Source of the DNA: Sphingobacterium thalpophilum
GTDB lineage: Bacteria > Cyanobacteriota > Cyanobacteriia > PCC-6307 > Cyanobiaceae
Length of the DNA stretch: 64,000 bases
Direction: 5' to 3'
NCBI GenBank assembly: GCA_943367595.1
Contig: CALRJS020000011.1
Coordinates: 19,274 to 83,273 of the forward strand
Shown here: piece after piece, positions 18,830 through 27,082 of the stretch
Numbering within the stretch: the first letter of the stretch is position 1
Layout of the letters: each line of letters starts with the position of its first letter
Made by a program: the position numbers and the translations under genes
Notes under the pieces: model-generated
What the model was told of the DNA's origin: nothing
The model's input: only the letters and a program-made list of their open reading frames with translations
Database searches by the model: none

Positions 18830-19917
18830 CGCGGGGTGGGAGCAGGGGAACGGCCGACCAGGGTTTCGCTCATGGCCGCGGCCATCGCCCGGATCAGATC
18901 GGTGGAGCGGGGATCGTTGAAGGGGCCCTTGACCATGAAGGCCGCCACGGCCCGCTGGCCGTTGGGCAGTTCAATCAGTCCGGCATCGGAGTAGGCGATG
19001 CCGATGTCGCCGGTCTTGTTGAGCACGTTGATGCCGCGGGCCAGCAGTTCGCTGTCGGGGTCGCTGGAATCGCCGCCGATCCCCTTGAGCACCCCTGCGG
19101 GCAGAAGGGTGTTGGTGCGCGAGGTACCCATGATCGTGCGGAAGTGATCCCGCGCCCGTGGACTGAGCTTGGCGCCGGTGTCCACCAGGGCGATGGAGCG
19201 GGCGAGATCGTGGGGGCTGGTGGTGTTGGTGCCCTCCAGATCGGGCAGCCAGTTGTTGACCACAGTGGCGGGAAGGCCCAGCGCCTGGAAGCGGGCATTG
19301 ATGGCCAACTTGCCACCCACCCGCTTGATCAGCAGGTTGGTGGCGCTGTTGTCGCTGACGCGGATCATCTCGGTGGCGGCTTCGTAGAAGGGAAAGCGTG
19401 TACCGAGCGGACGGCTGGCCATCCAGCCGGCACCACCACCCACCACCTCCTTGGTGAGCGGCAGGGGTTCGCCCCAGCGCAACTTGCCGCGGTCGAGGTC
19501 CTCGAGCGCCGCCAGCAGGATCGGTGTCTTGATCGAGCTGGCGGCAGGCAGCGGTGTGTCGGGATTCAGCTGGGCGAAGCGGCCGTCATCGAGCACCAGC
19601 AGGAAGCCCCCCACCTTGAGGTCCTTCTGGGCCGCCGCCAGCGCCTTCCAGCGGGCGCTGAGGGCCGTGAGTTCCTTGCGCGGCTCGAAGCTGCCCAGCG
19701 GGATGCCCTGCTGCAGCGGCGCCACCGGTGTGGTGGCAGCGCCCATGCGCGGCGTGTCCATCGCTCCCTGAGCCATCCGGGGGGCGAGCTGTTTCAGCAC
19801 CGTGCCGGTGATCACACCGAGACCGACGCCCAGCACCAGCAGTCGCAGCACCAGGGCCAGGGGCTGGAACCAGCCGGTGGATCCGGATCGGGGGGGGCGG
19901 CCCGAGCGCACAGACAA
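18826..19917 (-). CDS. Class A beta-lactamase-like serine hydrolase
   Basis: SxxK (ASSIKTP), SDN (VSDNSATN) and KTG (NKTGDIG) are in the canonical order and spacing, with an N-terminal TM/signal. The stop overlaps the next start (ATGA at 18826-18829). Confidence 0.85.
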   Translation of the reverse strand: MSVRSGRPPRSGSTGWFQPLALVLRLLVLGVGLGVITGTVLKQLAPRMAQGAMDTPRMGAATTPVAPLQQGIPLGSFEPRKELTALSARWKALAAAQKDLKVGGFLLVLDDGRFAQLNPDTPLPAASSIKTPILLAALEDLDRGKLRWGEPLPLTKEVVGGGAGWMASRPLGTRFPFYEAATEMIRVSDNSATNLLIKRVGGKLAINARFQALGLPATVVNNWLPDLEGTNTTSPHDLARSIALVDTGAKLSPRARDHFRTIMGTSRTNTLLPAGVLKGIGGDSSDPDSELLARGINVLNKTGDIGIAYSDAGLIELPNGQRAVAAFMVKGPFNDPRSTDLIRAMAAAMSETLVGRSPAPTPR

Positions 19918-19938
19918 ACGAAAAGGGTTGGCAGGACG

Positions 19939-20919
19939 TTAAGGGGTCCGGCGTTCGGTGGCCCAGCGCAGCTGCCGGACCATGCCCCGCACCAGGGCCA
20001 CTTCGTCGGCATCGATCTGGGCCCGCTGCAGCAGGCCTCGCACCTTGGCCATGCGGGCATGGGCCGTGTGCGGCAGCAGAAAACCCACCTCCAGCAGCAG
20101 CGCCTGGGCATCGGCCAGCGCAGCCTCCAGGTCGGCGCGCCGCACCGGGGTGGGCAGCGCGGTGGTGGGCGCGGGGCCTGGACCAGGCGGGCGGGTGCGG
20201 AACCGGTGCCACTCGTGCAACACGATGGCCAGCGCATGGGACAGGTTGAGCGAGGTGTAGGCGGGATCGGCGGCGATGCGCAGCACCCGTCCGGCCTGCA
20301 GAAGTTCGTCATTGCTCAGTCCCCTGTCTTCGCGGCCGAACACCAGGGCAGACACCCGCGGCACCGCCGCCAGGCCAGGGCCGTCAGCACGGTTGGGAGG
20401 GCTGTCGAGGTTGCCGGAGTTACCGGAGTTGCTGGGATTGCCATAGCCGCCAGGGTTGCTGGGACTGCCGGGGCTGTGAGGGCTGCCAGGTCTTTCAAGG
20501 CGGCTGGCGGCTCCAGGCCCGTCGGGGCCGCGAAGGTCGCGAGGGCCTCTGGCCAGGCTTGCGGCCCCTTCTCCATCGCCCTCTCCGTCTCCCGCCGCCA
20601 GCCAGGCAAAGGCCTCGGGCGGGTCCACCACGGCCACCGGAGCAGCCTCCGGCCGCCCGCTGGCGGCCACGACACGGCGGCAATCGGCGATGGCGGCGGC
20701 CAGAGCAGGAAACACCACGGCCCGCTCCAGCAGCGGCTGGGCATGGACGGCCATGCGGCGGGCTTCATCGCCGAGATGATCGCAGCGGGGCGCCACCAGG
20801 CGCAGCTCGGCAATGCCGAAGTTGGCGCAGAGACGGGCGGCGCTGCCCACATTCAGCGGCCCGGCAGGTTCAACCAGCACCACCACCGGTGGGTAGGGAG
20901 CGGGCGCAGGGGCTGTCAC
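19939..20919 (-). CDS. SPOUT-class RNA 2'-O-methyltransferase (TrmJ/SpoU type) with a low-complexity insertion
   Basis: VVLVEPAGPLNVGSAARLCANFG, LVFGREDRGLSNDEL and SLNLSHALAIVLHEW. A roughly 75-aa Gly/Ser/Pro/Asn insert sits between them. GTG 20919 overlaps the upstream stop. Confidence 0.85.
   Translation of the reverse strand: MTAPAPAPYPPVVVLVEPAGPLNVGSAARLCANFGIAELRLVAPRCDHLGDEARRMAVHAQPLLERAVVFPALAAAIADCRRVVAASGRPEAAPVAVVDPPEAFAWLAAGDGEGDGEGAASLARGPRDLRGPDGPGAASRLERPGSPHSPGSPSNPGGYGNPSNSGNSGNLDSPPNRADGPGLAAVPRVSALVFGREDRGLSNDELLQAGRVLRIAADPAYTSLNLSHALAIVLHEWHRFRTRPPGPGPAPTTALPTPVRRADLEAALADAQALLLEVGFLLPHTAHARMAKVRGLLQRAQIDADEVALVRGMVRQLRWATERRTP
20410..20490. repeat. Nine tandem 9-bp units inside the trmJ-like CDS
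   Basis: GTTGCCGGA GTTACCGGA GTTGCTGGG ATTGCCATA GCCGCCAGG GTTGCTGGG ACTGCCGGG GCTGTGAGG GCTGCCAGG. On the coding strand this encodes PGSPHSPGSPSNPGGYGNPSNSGNSGN. Confidence 0.85.
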
Positions 20920-21377
20920 GCCAGTGCGTGGAGGTGGGCGATCAGGTCGGCCATGGCCTGGGGATCAGGCTGAAAACGGGGCATGGGCGGAGTGCGGCCG
21001 CTCACAACCTGCTGCACGAGTCGGCGGTCGTTCTTGCGCTGGGTGACGCCATGCAGGCTCGGGCCCACCAGTCCCTGGCCGGCAATGCCATGGCAACCGG
21101 CGCAATTGATCAGGAACAGCCGGCTGCCGCGATCGGCCGAGCCGACCAGATCCAGGGTCTGGCGGGTGTAAGGGTCGCCGTGGATGGAGGGGAGCAGCCC
21201 CAGGGCCAGCAGCACGCAGGCGGCAGCTGCCATCAGCACCATCGCCGTGATCAGACCCTGACGGCGGAGTGTGGCCTCCGCTGCCCCCTCAGGAGCCGTT
21301 GTCGGGGTCAGATCACCTGTCAAGGAACGCCACGCTGCTCCCTCCAGACTGCCGCAGACGTGAAACAATTGCGTCAC
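20916..21377 (-). CDS. Membrane-anchored c-type cytochrome (class I)
   Basis: One TM helix ([21 protein letters not shown]), the haem motif CAGCH, and a distal Met context (TPPMPRF). The start is uncertain (21377 or 21242). Confidence 0.8.
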
Positions 21378-21397
21378 TTCTTTGTGGCCGACTCTCC

Positions 21398-21511
21398 ATG
21401 ATCGAACCCCTGCTCTGCGGCATCGTGCTGGGTCTGATTCCCGTCACCCTGTTGGGGTTGTTCGTGGCGGCCTGGAACCAATACCGCCGTGGCAGCGCCC
21501 TCGGCGGCTGA
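21398..21511 (+). CDS. petG: Cytochrome b6-f complex subunit 5 (PetG)
   Basis: 37-aa [37 protein letters not shown], the canonical PetG sequence. It lies inside an 80-aa track ORF. Confidence 0.95.
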
Positions 21512-21561
21512 ACCAGCGCTTCTCGCCTGAACCAAGCGGCTGGGGCGACCTGCACCCCCTT

Positions 21562-21602
21562 CAAGCTGGTACGACAAGCTCGTCACGAAAAGCTGGTCAC
21601 AA
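21562..21602. repeat. Three 13-15 bp units (C)AAGCT[G/C]GT(C)ACGA(A)
   Basis: CAAGCTGGTACGA / CAAGCTCGTCACGAA / AAGCTGGTCACAA, in the petG-rsmD convergent spacer. CTGAACCA also occurs twice (21508 and 21527), the first copy containing the petG stop. Confidence 0.5.
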
Positions 21603-21702
21603 GGCCAGCAGGTGATCAGAGCATCGCCAGAGCACCGGGTCACCTGGCCCGCTCGTCGTCAACCCCCAGGTGATGACCAGCAAGCCATCACCGGCAGCCC
21701 AA

Positions 21703-22323
21703 TCAATGGCGCTCGTCTGGGCTCTCTTCCATGGAGGGCTCGGCCGGGCGCTCTTGCTTGTGATGGGGCGTCAGCACCACCACTTCCGAGCTGCCATAGC
21801 GGCGTTGCTGGCTCAGCTCCCAGCCCGGTGGTGCCTCAGGCACGCGGCCGCTGCCGCACTCCCACACCAACAACCCACCGGCGGCCATCCAGCCGTGATG
21901 AAGCACCGCCGCCGCGATCGGTTGATGCAGACCCGCCCCGTAGGGCGGATCCACATAGATCAGATCGAAGGGCCCACCAGCTGTACGGCAGGCGCCACCA
22001 CCCTCCAGCCAGCGCGGCAACGGCCGGCAGAGCACCTCCACCGTCACCGGCCGCCTCAGGCCGGCGCGCACCGTTTCCAGGTTGGTCCGGGCCGTGGCCG
22101 CCATCGCCCGGTCCTGATCCACCGCCACCACGGCCGCCACACCGCGCTGCAGCGCCTCGCAGCCCATCACCCCACTGCCGCAGCAGAGGTCGAGCCAGCG
22201 CGCGCCCTCCAGCCTGGCGCTGAGCAGATTCATCACCGCCAGCCGCACCCGTGAGGTGGTGGGTCTGGCCGCCGAGCCCGCTGGGCTGATCAGCCGGCGT
22301 CCGCCACTGATCCGCAGGGTCAT
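21703..22323 (-). CDS. rsmD: 16S rRNA (guanine966-N2)-methyltransferase
   Basis: RPTTSRVRLAVMNLL, DLCCGSGVMGCEAL and DLIYVDPPYG. ATGA overlap with the hisH stop at 22320-22323. Confidence 0.9.
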   Translation of the reverse strand: MTLRISGGRRLISPAGSAARPTTSRVRLAVMNLLSARLEGARWLDLCCGSGVMGCEALQRGVAAVVAVDQDRAMAATARTNLETVRAGLRRPVTVEVLCRPLPRWLEGGGACRTAGGPFDLIYVDPPYGAGLHQPIAAAVLHHGWMAAGGLLVWECGSGRVPEAPPGWELSQQRRYGSSEVVVLTPHHKQERPAEPSMEESPDERH

Positions 22324-22949
22324 GCGGCGGCGTTCTCCACCCAGCCCAGCCAGCGGCGCAACATGCGCTGGCCCACCGGCCCGGATTTCTCCGGGTGAAA
22401 CTGGCAGGCCGCCACGTTCTGCTGCCAGACGGCAGCCGTGACCCGGGCATCGCCGTAGGCCACCTGGGCGGTGACGCAGGCGGGATCCGTGGGGTCGGCG
22501 GCGAAGGAATGGACGAAGTAGACCCAGGCGGGTGGCTGATCCGCTGGCAGCAGCGGCGATGGTGCGCCCGGCAGCAGCGGCGCCCAGCCCATGTGAGGAA
22601 TCGGATGATCGGGCGTGCGCGGCAGGGCGCGCACCCGGCCGGCCAGCAGACCCAGTCCCTCGCGCTGCCCTTCCTCACTGCTCTCGAACAGCAACTGCAA
22701 CCCCAGGCAGATCCCGAGCAGGCGTCCACCGGAGTCGCACCAAGCTTTCAGGGGTTCGATCAGATCCGCCTGCTCCAGCCGCTGCATGGCGGGGTCGAAA
22801 GCGCCCACGCCCGGCAGGATCAAGGCATGGCAGGCCTGCATCGCGGCGGCTTCCTGCACGGGCACCACCTCGGCGCCGAGGCGCTCGATCGCGCGGCGCA
22901 CGGAATGGAGATTGCCCATGCCGTAATCGATCAATCCGATCCGGCTCAT
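22320..22949 (-). CDS. hisH: Imidazole glycerol phosphate synthase, glutaminase subunit
   Basis: MSRIGLIDYGMGNLHSVRRA, LPGVGAF, the nucleophile context LGICLGLQLL, VHSF, and CQFHPEKS. Confidence 0.95.
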   Translation of the reverse strand: MSRIGLIDYGMGNLHSVRRAIERLGAEVVPVQEAAAMQACHALILPGVGAFDPAMQRLEQADLIEPLKAWCDSGGRLLGICLGLQLLFESSEEGQREGLGLLAGRVRALPRTPDHPIPHMGWAPLLPGAPSPLLPADQPPAWVYFVHSFAADPTDPACVTAQVAYGDARVTAAVWQQNVAACQFHPEKSGPVGQRMLRRWLGWVENAAA

Positions 22950-23061
22950 GGCAGGGGGCACTCCAGTGAAGGCGAGCGAAACGCAGGCAGCCGCCCCCTG
23001 AGCAGCCGTAGCTGTAGCGGATCAGACGACAACCGAAGTGCCTGCGGCAGAGGCATTCGTG

Positions 23062-23094
23062 GAGGAAGGAAAAGAGGAAGGAAAAGAGGAAGGA
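23062..23094. repeat. (GAGGAAGGAAAA) x 2.75 purine-rich tandem repeat
   Basis: Units start at 23062, 23074 and 23086. It lies 3 nt beyond the LOG-family stop (23098-23100). On the transcribed (minus) strand it is a CU-rich tract upstream of hisH. Confidence 0.8.
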
Positions 23095-23097
23095 CCA

Positions 23098-24252
23098 TCA
23101 GGAAGTGAAGGTACAGCGACGTTGTTCGGGGTGGTGCGGTTCCGGCGCGCCCTGAATGTCGAGGCCGTTGAGATGCTCGATCAGCTGATAGAGCCGGCCC
23201 ACCTTGCGGTCGTTGAAATCGAAGCGCAGCGAAGGGCGGAGCTGATCGGAAAGATCGCAGACTTCATCGTGCTCGATCTGCCCGCTGTCCAGCAGGTCGG
23301 CGAAACGCTGGTTCAGCACGGCCAGCTGCGCAGGCGTGAGCGGGGCGTGCAGCAGCAGCTCAAGGCGATCATTCACCAGCCTGGCGGTATGAAACACGCG
23401 ATAGAAGCGGCAGATCTGAGCCATCGCCTCGGCGGCGCTGCTGGCTTCGCTGAAGAGGGCAGCATCCGCCTCACTCACCAGCCCGCGATCGATCAGGTCG
23501 TGGCGGATCGTGTGCTGCCAGTTGGTCCAGAAGGGATCACCGGGAGGGGCCAGCAGCACCACGGGAATCGGGGCAATGCGGCCGGTCTGGATGAGCGTCA
23601 GCGATTCGAACAATTCATCAAGCGTGCCGAAACCTCCCGGCAGCACCACCAGCGCATCGCATTCGCGCAGGAAGAAAAGCTTGCGGGTGAAGAAGTAGCG
23701 GAAGTCGACCAGGCGATCGCTACGACCGGCGATGTAGGGATTGGGCTGCTGCTCAAACGGCAACTGCACGTTCAGGCCGAAACCGTGCTCGCTGCCGGCA
23801 CCACGATTGGCCGCCTCCATCACACCGGCACCAGCGCCGGTGATCACATCGAAACCTGCCGCGATGGCACGGCCGGCCAATTCTTCGCTGAGCCTGTAGC
23901 AAGGGGTGCCCGGGGCGGTGCGGGCTGAGCCGAAGACCGTGACCTTGCGGGTTTGCCGGTGCTGCTCGAACATCTGCAGCGCCTGCTGGATGTCCTGAAG
24001 GGTGCCACTGATCAGCCCCCAATCCTCCCCATCGGCGCCGCTACCGGCGATCCGCATCAAGGTGGCGATCGACCGGTCGATCAGCAGCCGCTGGGGGTGG
24101 TGGCTGAGCTCAGGGGCTTGATGCTCCCACTCTCTCTCTGCCTCTGGCTGGCCGACTCCGAAGGGCGGAGTGGAGCCGACTGAGGGTTCCGCCGCCGTGG
24201 AGAGCGATGGACGTGGATCCGGCGTGGCGGCGGAGGCAGGCTGCGACAACAC
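23098..24252 (-). CDS. LOG-family (TIGR00730-type) nucleotide phosphoribohydrolase with N- and C-terminal extensions
   Basis: VTVFGSAR, GAGAGVMEAANRGA and the hallmark PGGFGTLDELFE. The roughly 110-aa C-terminal extension gives a domain layout reminiscent of PpnN-type enzymes (inference). Confidence 0.85.
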   Translation of the reverse strand: MLSQPASAATPDPRPSLSTAAEPSVGSTPPFGVGQPEAEREWEHQAPELSHHPQRLLIDRSIATLMRIAGSGADGEDWGLISGTLQDIQQALQMFEQHRQTRKVTVFGSARTAPGTPCYRLSEELAGRAIAAGFDVITGAGAGVMEAANRGAGSEHGFGLNVQLPFEQQPNPYIAGRSDRLVDFRYFFTRKLFFLRECDALVVLPGGFGTLDELFESLTLIQTGRIAPIPVVLLAPPGDPFWTNWQHTIRHDLIDRGLVSEADAALFSEASSAAEAMAQICRFYRVFHTARLVNDRLELLLHAPLTPAQLAVLNQRFADLLDSGQIEHDEVCDLSDQLRPSLRFDFNDRKVGRLYQLIEHLNGLDIQGAPEPHHPEQRRCTFTS

Positions 24253-24275
24253 GCCGGGAGGGGCGAGGGGAGAAC

Positions 24276-24614
24276 TCAGAGGTATTTGGTGATGGTGCCG
24301 GAGAGGGTGTTCTTCGGCACGGCACCAACGACGGTGTCGACTTTCACACCACCCTTGAAGACCATCAGGGTGGGAATGCTGCGAATGCCGTACTGGCTGG
24401 CGACGTTGGGGTTTTCGTCGGTGTTCAGCTTGAAGACCTTGATGCGGCCCTCGAATTCCTTGGCGATTTCATCGACGATCGGGGCGACCATGCGGCAGGG
24501 ACCACACCAGGGAGCCCAGAAATCCACCAGCACGGGCACATTACTCTTGAGCACATCAAGCTCAAAAGAGGCGTCGGTGACGGCAGTGGCGCTGGACATT
24601 CGAGGGAGGGACAA
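24276..24614 (-). CDS. trxA: Thioredoxin
   Basis: [15 protein letters not shown] active site. 112 aa. The C-terminal block [14 protein letters not shown]. Confidence 0.96.
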   Translation of the reverse strand: MSLPRMSSATAVTDASFELDVLKSNVPVLVDFWAPWCGPCRMVAPIVDEIAKEFEGRIKVFKLNTDENPNVASQYGIRSIPTLMVFKGGVKVDTVVGAVPKNTLSGTITKYL

Positions 24615-24671
24615 GGTTTTGCCAATGTAGCAACGGCCTTGGCATCATTCCCGGGACCGCCATCGAACGTT

Positions 24672-24745
24672 GGAAGAGAAAATGCCCGGACGCGCCGGGC
24701 GGGGTGGTGTGAGGAGTGTGCGAGCCGTAGCCCCCACGGCACGAG
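24672..24745 (-). ncRNA. yfr1: Yfr1-type small regulatory RNA
   Basis: The minus strand reads CUCGU-GCCGU/GGGGGCU/ACGGC-UCGCAC-ACUCCUCACAC-CACCCC-GCCCGG/CGCGU/CCGGGC-AUUUUCUCUU. That is a 5' stem-loop, an exact copy of the invariant Yfr1 core ACUCCUCACAC in an unpaired stretch, and a 3' GC hairpin plus U-run. It lies in the guaB-like/trxA spacer. The 5' end is approximate. Confidence 0.78.
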
Positions 24746-24834
24746 ACTAGCCCCCGTCTCGGCCTGTCCAGCAGCGTCTCATTGCTGGAAAACCGCCGAA
24801 AACTCCACAGCGATTCCGGTGAGGCGAAAGGGCT

Positions 24835-25998
24835 CTACTTGCCCATGCCCAGCTGCTGAGCCTTCTGGTACACCTTGCCTTCGGTGAGCAGGGAAGGGGC
24901 GACCACCACCTCCACCTGCTGCATCTCACGCAGGGTGCGGGCGCCCAGGGTGCCCATCGATGTCTTGAGCGCGCCCAGCAGATTCTGGGTGCCGTCATCG
25001 AGGCTGGCGGGGCCGCGCAGGATCTTCTCGAGGCTGCCCGTGGTGCCGACGCTGATGCGGGTGCCCCGCGGCAGCACCGGGCTCGGTGTGGCCATGCCCC
25101 AATGGAAGCCGCGGCCCGGAGCTTCGGCCGCCCGCGCGATCGGCGAGCCGATCATCACGGCATCGGCCCCGCAGGCGATGCACTTGCAGATGTCGCCGCC
25201 CGTGACGATGCCACCGTCGGCGATCACCGGCACGCGGCGCCCGGTTTCCCGCTCGTGGTCGTCGCGGGCGGCGGCGCAGTCGGCGACAGCGGTGGCCTGG
25301 GGGATGCCCACCCCGAGCACCCCGCGCGAGGTGCAGGCGGCACCGGGGCCAATGCCCACCAGCACCCCGGCGGCACCGGCGCGCATCAGCTCCAGGGCCA
25401 CGTCGTAAGTGACGCAGTTGCCGATCACCACCGGCACGCCCATGTCACGGCAGAGGGTGGCCAGGTCGAGCCGCTCGCGCCCCTCCGGTCCGATGTGCTC
25501 GGTGGAGACCACCGTGGCCTGCACGAAGAACAGATCGGCACCGGCTTCCGCCACCGCCTGGCCGAAGCGCAGCGCTGCCGCGGGGGTGGCGCTGACGGCG
25601 GCGATGCCGCCCTGTTCGCGGATCTCGGCGATACGCCTGCGGATCAGCGTTTCCTGCACAGGCTGGCTGTAGAGCTCCTGCATCAGGGGAACGAAGTCCT
25701 CCTTGCCCACCGCCGCGATGCGGTCGAGCGCCGGGTTGGGATCTTCGTAGCGGGTCTGGACGCCTTCGAGGTTGAGCACCCCCAGAGCACCGAGGCGGGA
25801 GAGCTCAACCGCCATCGCCACATCCACCACCCCGTCCATCGCACTGGCGATGATCGGGATCTCGCGGTCGATGCCGCCGAGGCTCCAGCGGCTGTCGGTG
25901 ACCTCCGGGTCGACCGTGCGACCTCCGGGAACCAGAGCAATCTCGTCGATCCCGTAGGCACGACGGACGGTGCGCTTCCCGCCTAACTGAATGGTCAC
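24835..25998 (-). CDS. GuaB3-family IMP dehydrogenase-related protein
   Basis: Start GTG 25998 gives VTIQLGGKRTVRRAYGIDEIALVPG. TIM-barrel blocks GIGPGAACTSRGVLGVG and IADGGI. No CBS insert. About 387 aa. Confidence 0.9.
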   Translation of the reverse strand: MTIQLGGKRTVRRAYGIDEIALVPGGRTVDPEVTDSRWSLGGIDREIPIIASAMDGVVDVAMAVELSRLGALGVLNLEGVQTRYEDPNPALDRIAAVGKEDFVPLMQELYSQPVQETLIRRRIAEIREQGGIAAVSATPAAALRFGQAVAEAGADLFFVQATVVSTEHIGPEGRERLDLATLCRDMGVPVVIGNCVTYDVALELMRAGAAGVLVGIGPGAACTSRGVLGVGIPQATAVADCAAARDDHERETGRRVPVIADGGIVTGGDICKCIACGADAVMIGSPIARAAEAPGRGFHWGMATPSPVLPRGTRISVGTTGSLEKILRGPASLDDGTQNLLGALKTSMGTLGARTLREMQQVEVVVAPSLLTEGKVYQKAQQLGMGK

Positions 25999-26082
25999 CG
26001 GTGGATGGTCGTCGCAGTCGGGCCAAGCTATCAACAGGCCTGTCAGCCTCCCGATCCGGCACGCCCAACCCGACAGGCGGCC

Positions 26083-26973
26083 TCAGTCGTTGCCGCGGAA
26101 CGCCCGCCAACGCTGCTCCAGCGACGCGATCAGTTCCTGACGGTCGCTGCTGCGCACCAGGCGGGTGGCCGCAAAGCGGCTCAGCCAGATCACCCCGGCC
26201 AGCTCCAGCAGACCCGGCAGCAGGGGCAGACTGTCGATCGCGCCGATCACGGCGCCGTAAAGGCGCAGCACCAACACCAGGGCAAGCGCCAGAGCAACCG
26301 CACGCAGGGGGCCCTGGTACTGAACCAGCAGCTCCTGGAGGCGTCCGCTGCCGATCCATTCGCGCAGCTTGGCCACCAGCAGATCCCATTCGCCACCGCC
26401 CTCGGCGGTGTCCGGTGCGGCCGGCACGTGCACGGTGGCCGCCACAGCGGGCTCAGGGGTGGGTGCTGGTGCGGGGTCCGGCAGGGGCTCGGCGGGGGTG
26501 GCAGGCGCTTCGTCAGCAGCTTCGCTAGCTACGCCAGCAGGTGCTGAAGACAATTCGAAAGCGCTCACCGGGTCTGCAGCTGGCGGCGTCAGCGGTTCAG
26601 GCTGCAGCCACGGCTCAGGCTGCAGGGTCGATTCAGGCTGGATCTCCGGTTCAGGCTGCACCACCGGTTGAGGCTGCACCGTCGTTTCAGGCTGCAGCCC
26701 CGGCTCCGGGGCCGCGTGCCACTGGGGCGCGGAATCGGCCGCCGCACCGGCAGTGGCGGAGGAGTCAGCGGGGGGCAGCTCAACGGGGGCGGCGGCAGCC
26801 GGCTCAGCAGAGATGGCGGCGTCTGCAGAAGGGGCAGCTTCAGGAGCGGCGCCGGCAGCGCCCTGCTCACCGCTGGAGGGCACGGAAGCGGCGGCCTCCC
26901 CGACGGGCTCGTGCGCCGGCGGTTGCTCACCGGGAAGGAACGGCGCGTTGGAGGAAGCGGAAGGCTCGATCAT
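26083..26973 (-). CDS. CAAD-domain (CurT/CURT1-like) membrane protein with Pro/Glu/Ala-rich N-terminal region
   Basis: The C-terminal roughly 100 aa (WDLLVAKLREWIGSG...two hydrophobic helices...LIASLEQRW) match the CAAD/CURT1 architecture. The N-terminus is low complexity with hexapeptide repeats [L/V/I]QPExx. Confidence 0.78.
   Translation of the reverse strand: MIEPSASSNAPFLPGEQPPAHEPVGEAAASVPSSGEQGAAGAAPEAAPSADAAISAEPAAAAPVELPPADSSATAGAAADSAPQWHAAPEPGLQPETTVQPQPVVQPEPEIQPESTLQPEPWLQPEPLTPPAADPVSAFELSSAPAGVASEAADEAPATPAEPLPDPAPAPTPEPAVAATVHVPAAPDTAEGGGEWDLLVAKLREWIGSGRLQELLVQYQGPLRAVALALALVLVLRLYGAVIGAIDSLPLLPGLLELAGVIWLSRFAATRLVRSSDRQELIASLEQRWRAFRGND
26593..26705. repeat. About six imperfect 18-bp units (GGTTCAGGCTGCAsCmms) inside the CAAD-protein CDS
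   Basis: GGTTCAGGCTGCAGCCAC / GGCTCAGGCTGCAGGGTCGAT / TCAGGCTGGATCTCC / GGTTCAGGCTGCACCACC / GGTTGAGGCTGCACCGTCGT / TTCAGGCTGCAGCCCC. These encode LQPEPW LQPEST IQPEPE VQPQPV VQPETT LQPEPG. Confidence 0.75.
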
Positions 26974-27082
26974 CGACTCCCAGAAAAACCGCACCGGGAG
27001 CCTACGGCGCTTCCGGCAGGCCGACGCCTCACTTCGGCAGACCGTTGCAGGGGGCCGGCACAGCGGCCCCTGACAGGGGCGA

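Noticed and set aside
24620-24644. Inverted repeat TGCCAA-N13-TTGGCA just upstream of the trxA start
   Set aside because: It has only 6-bp arms and a long loop, so it could easily be chance. The nearby Yfr1 element explains the conserved-looking structure in this spacer better.
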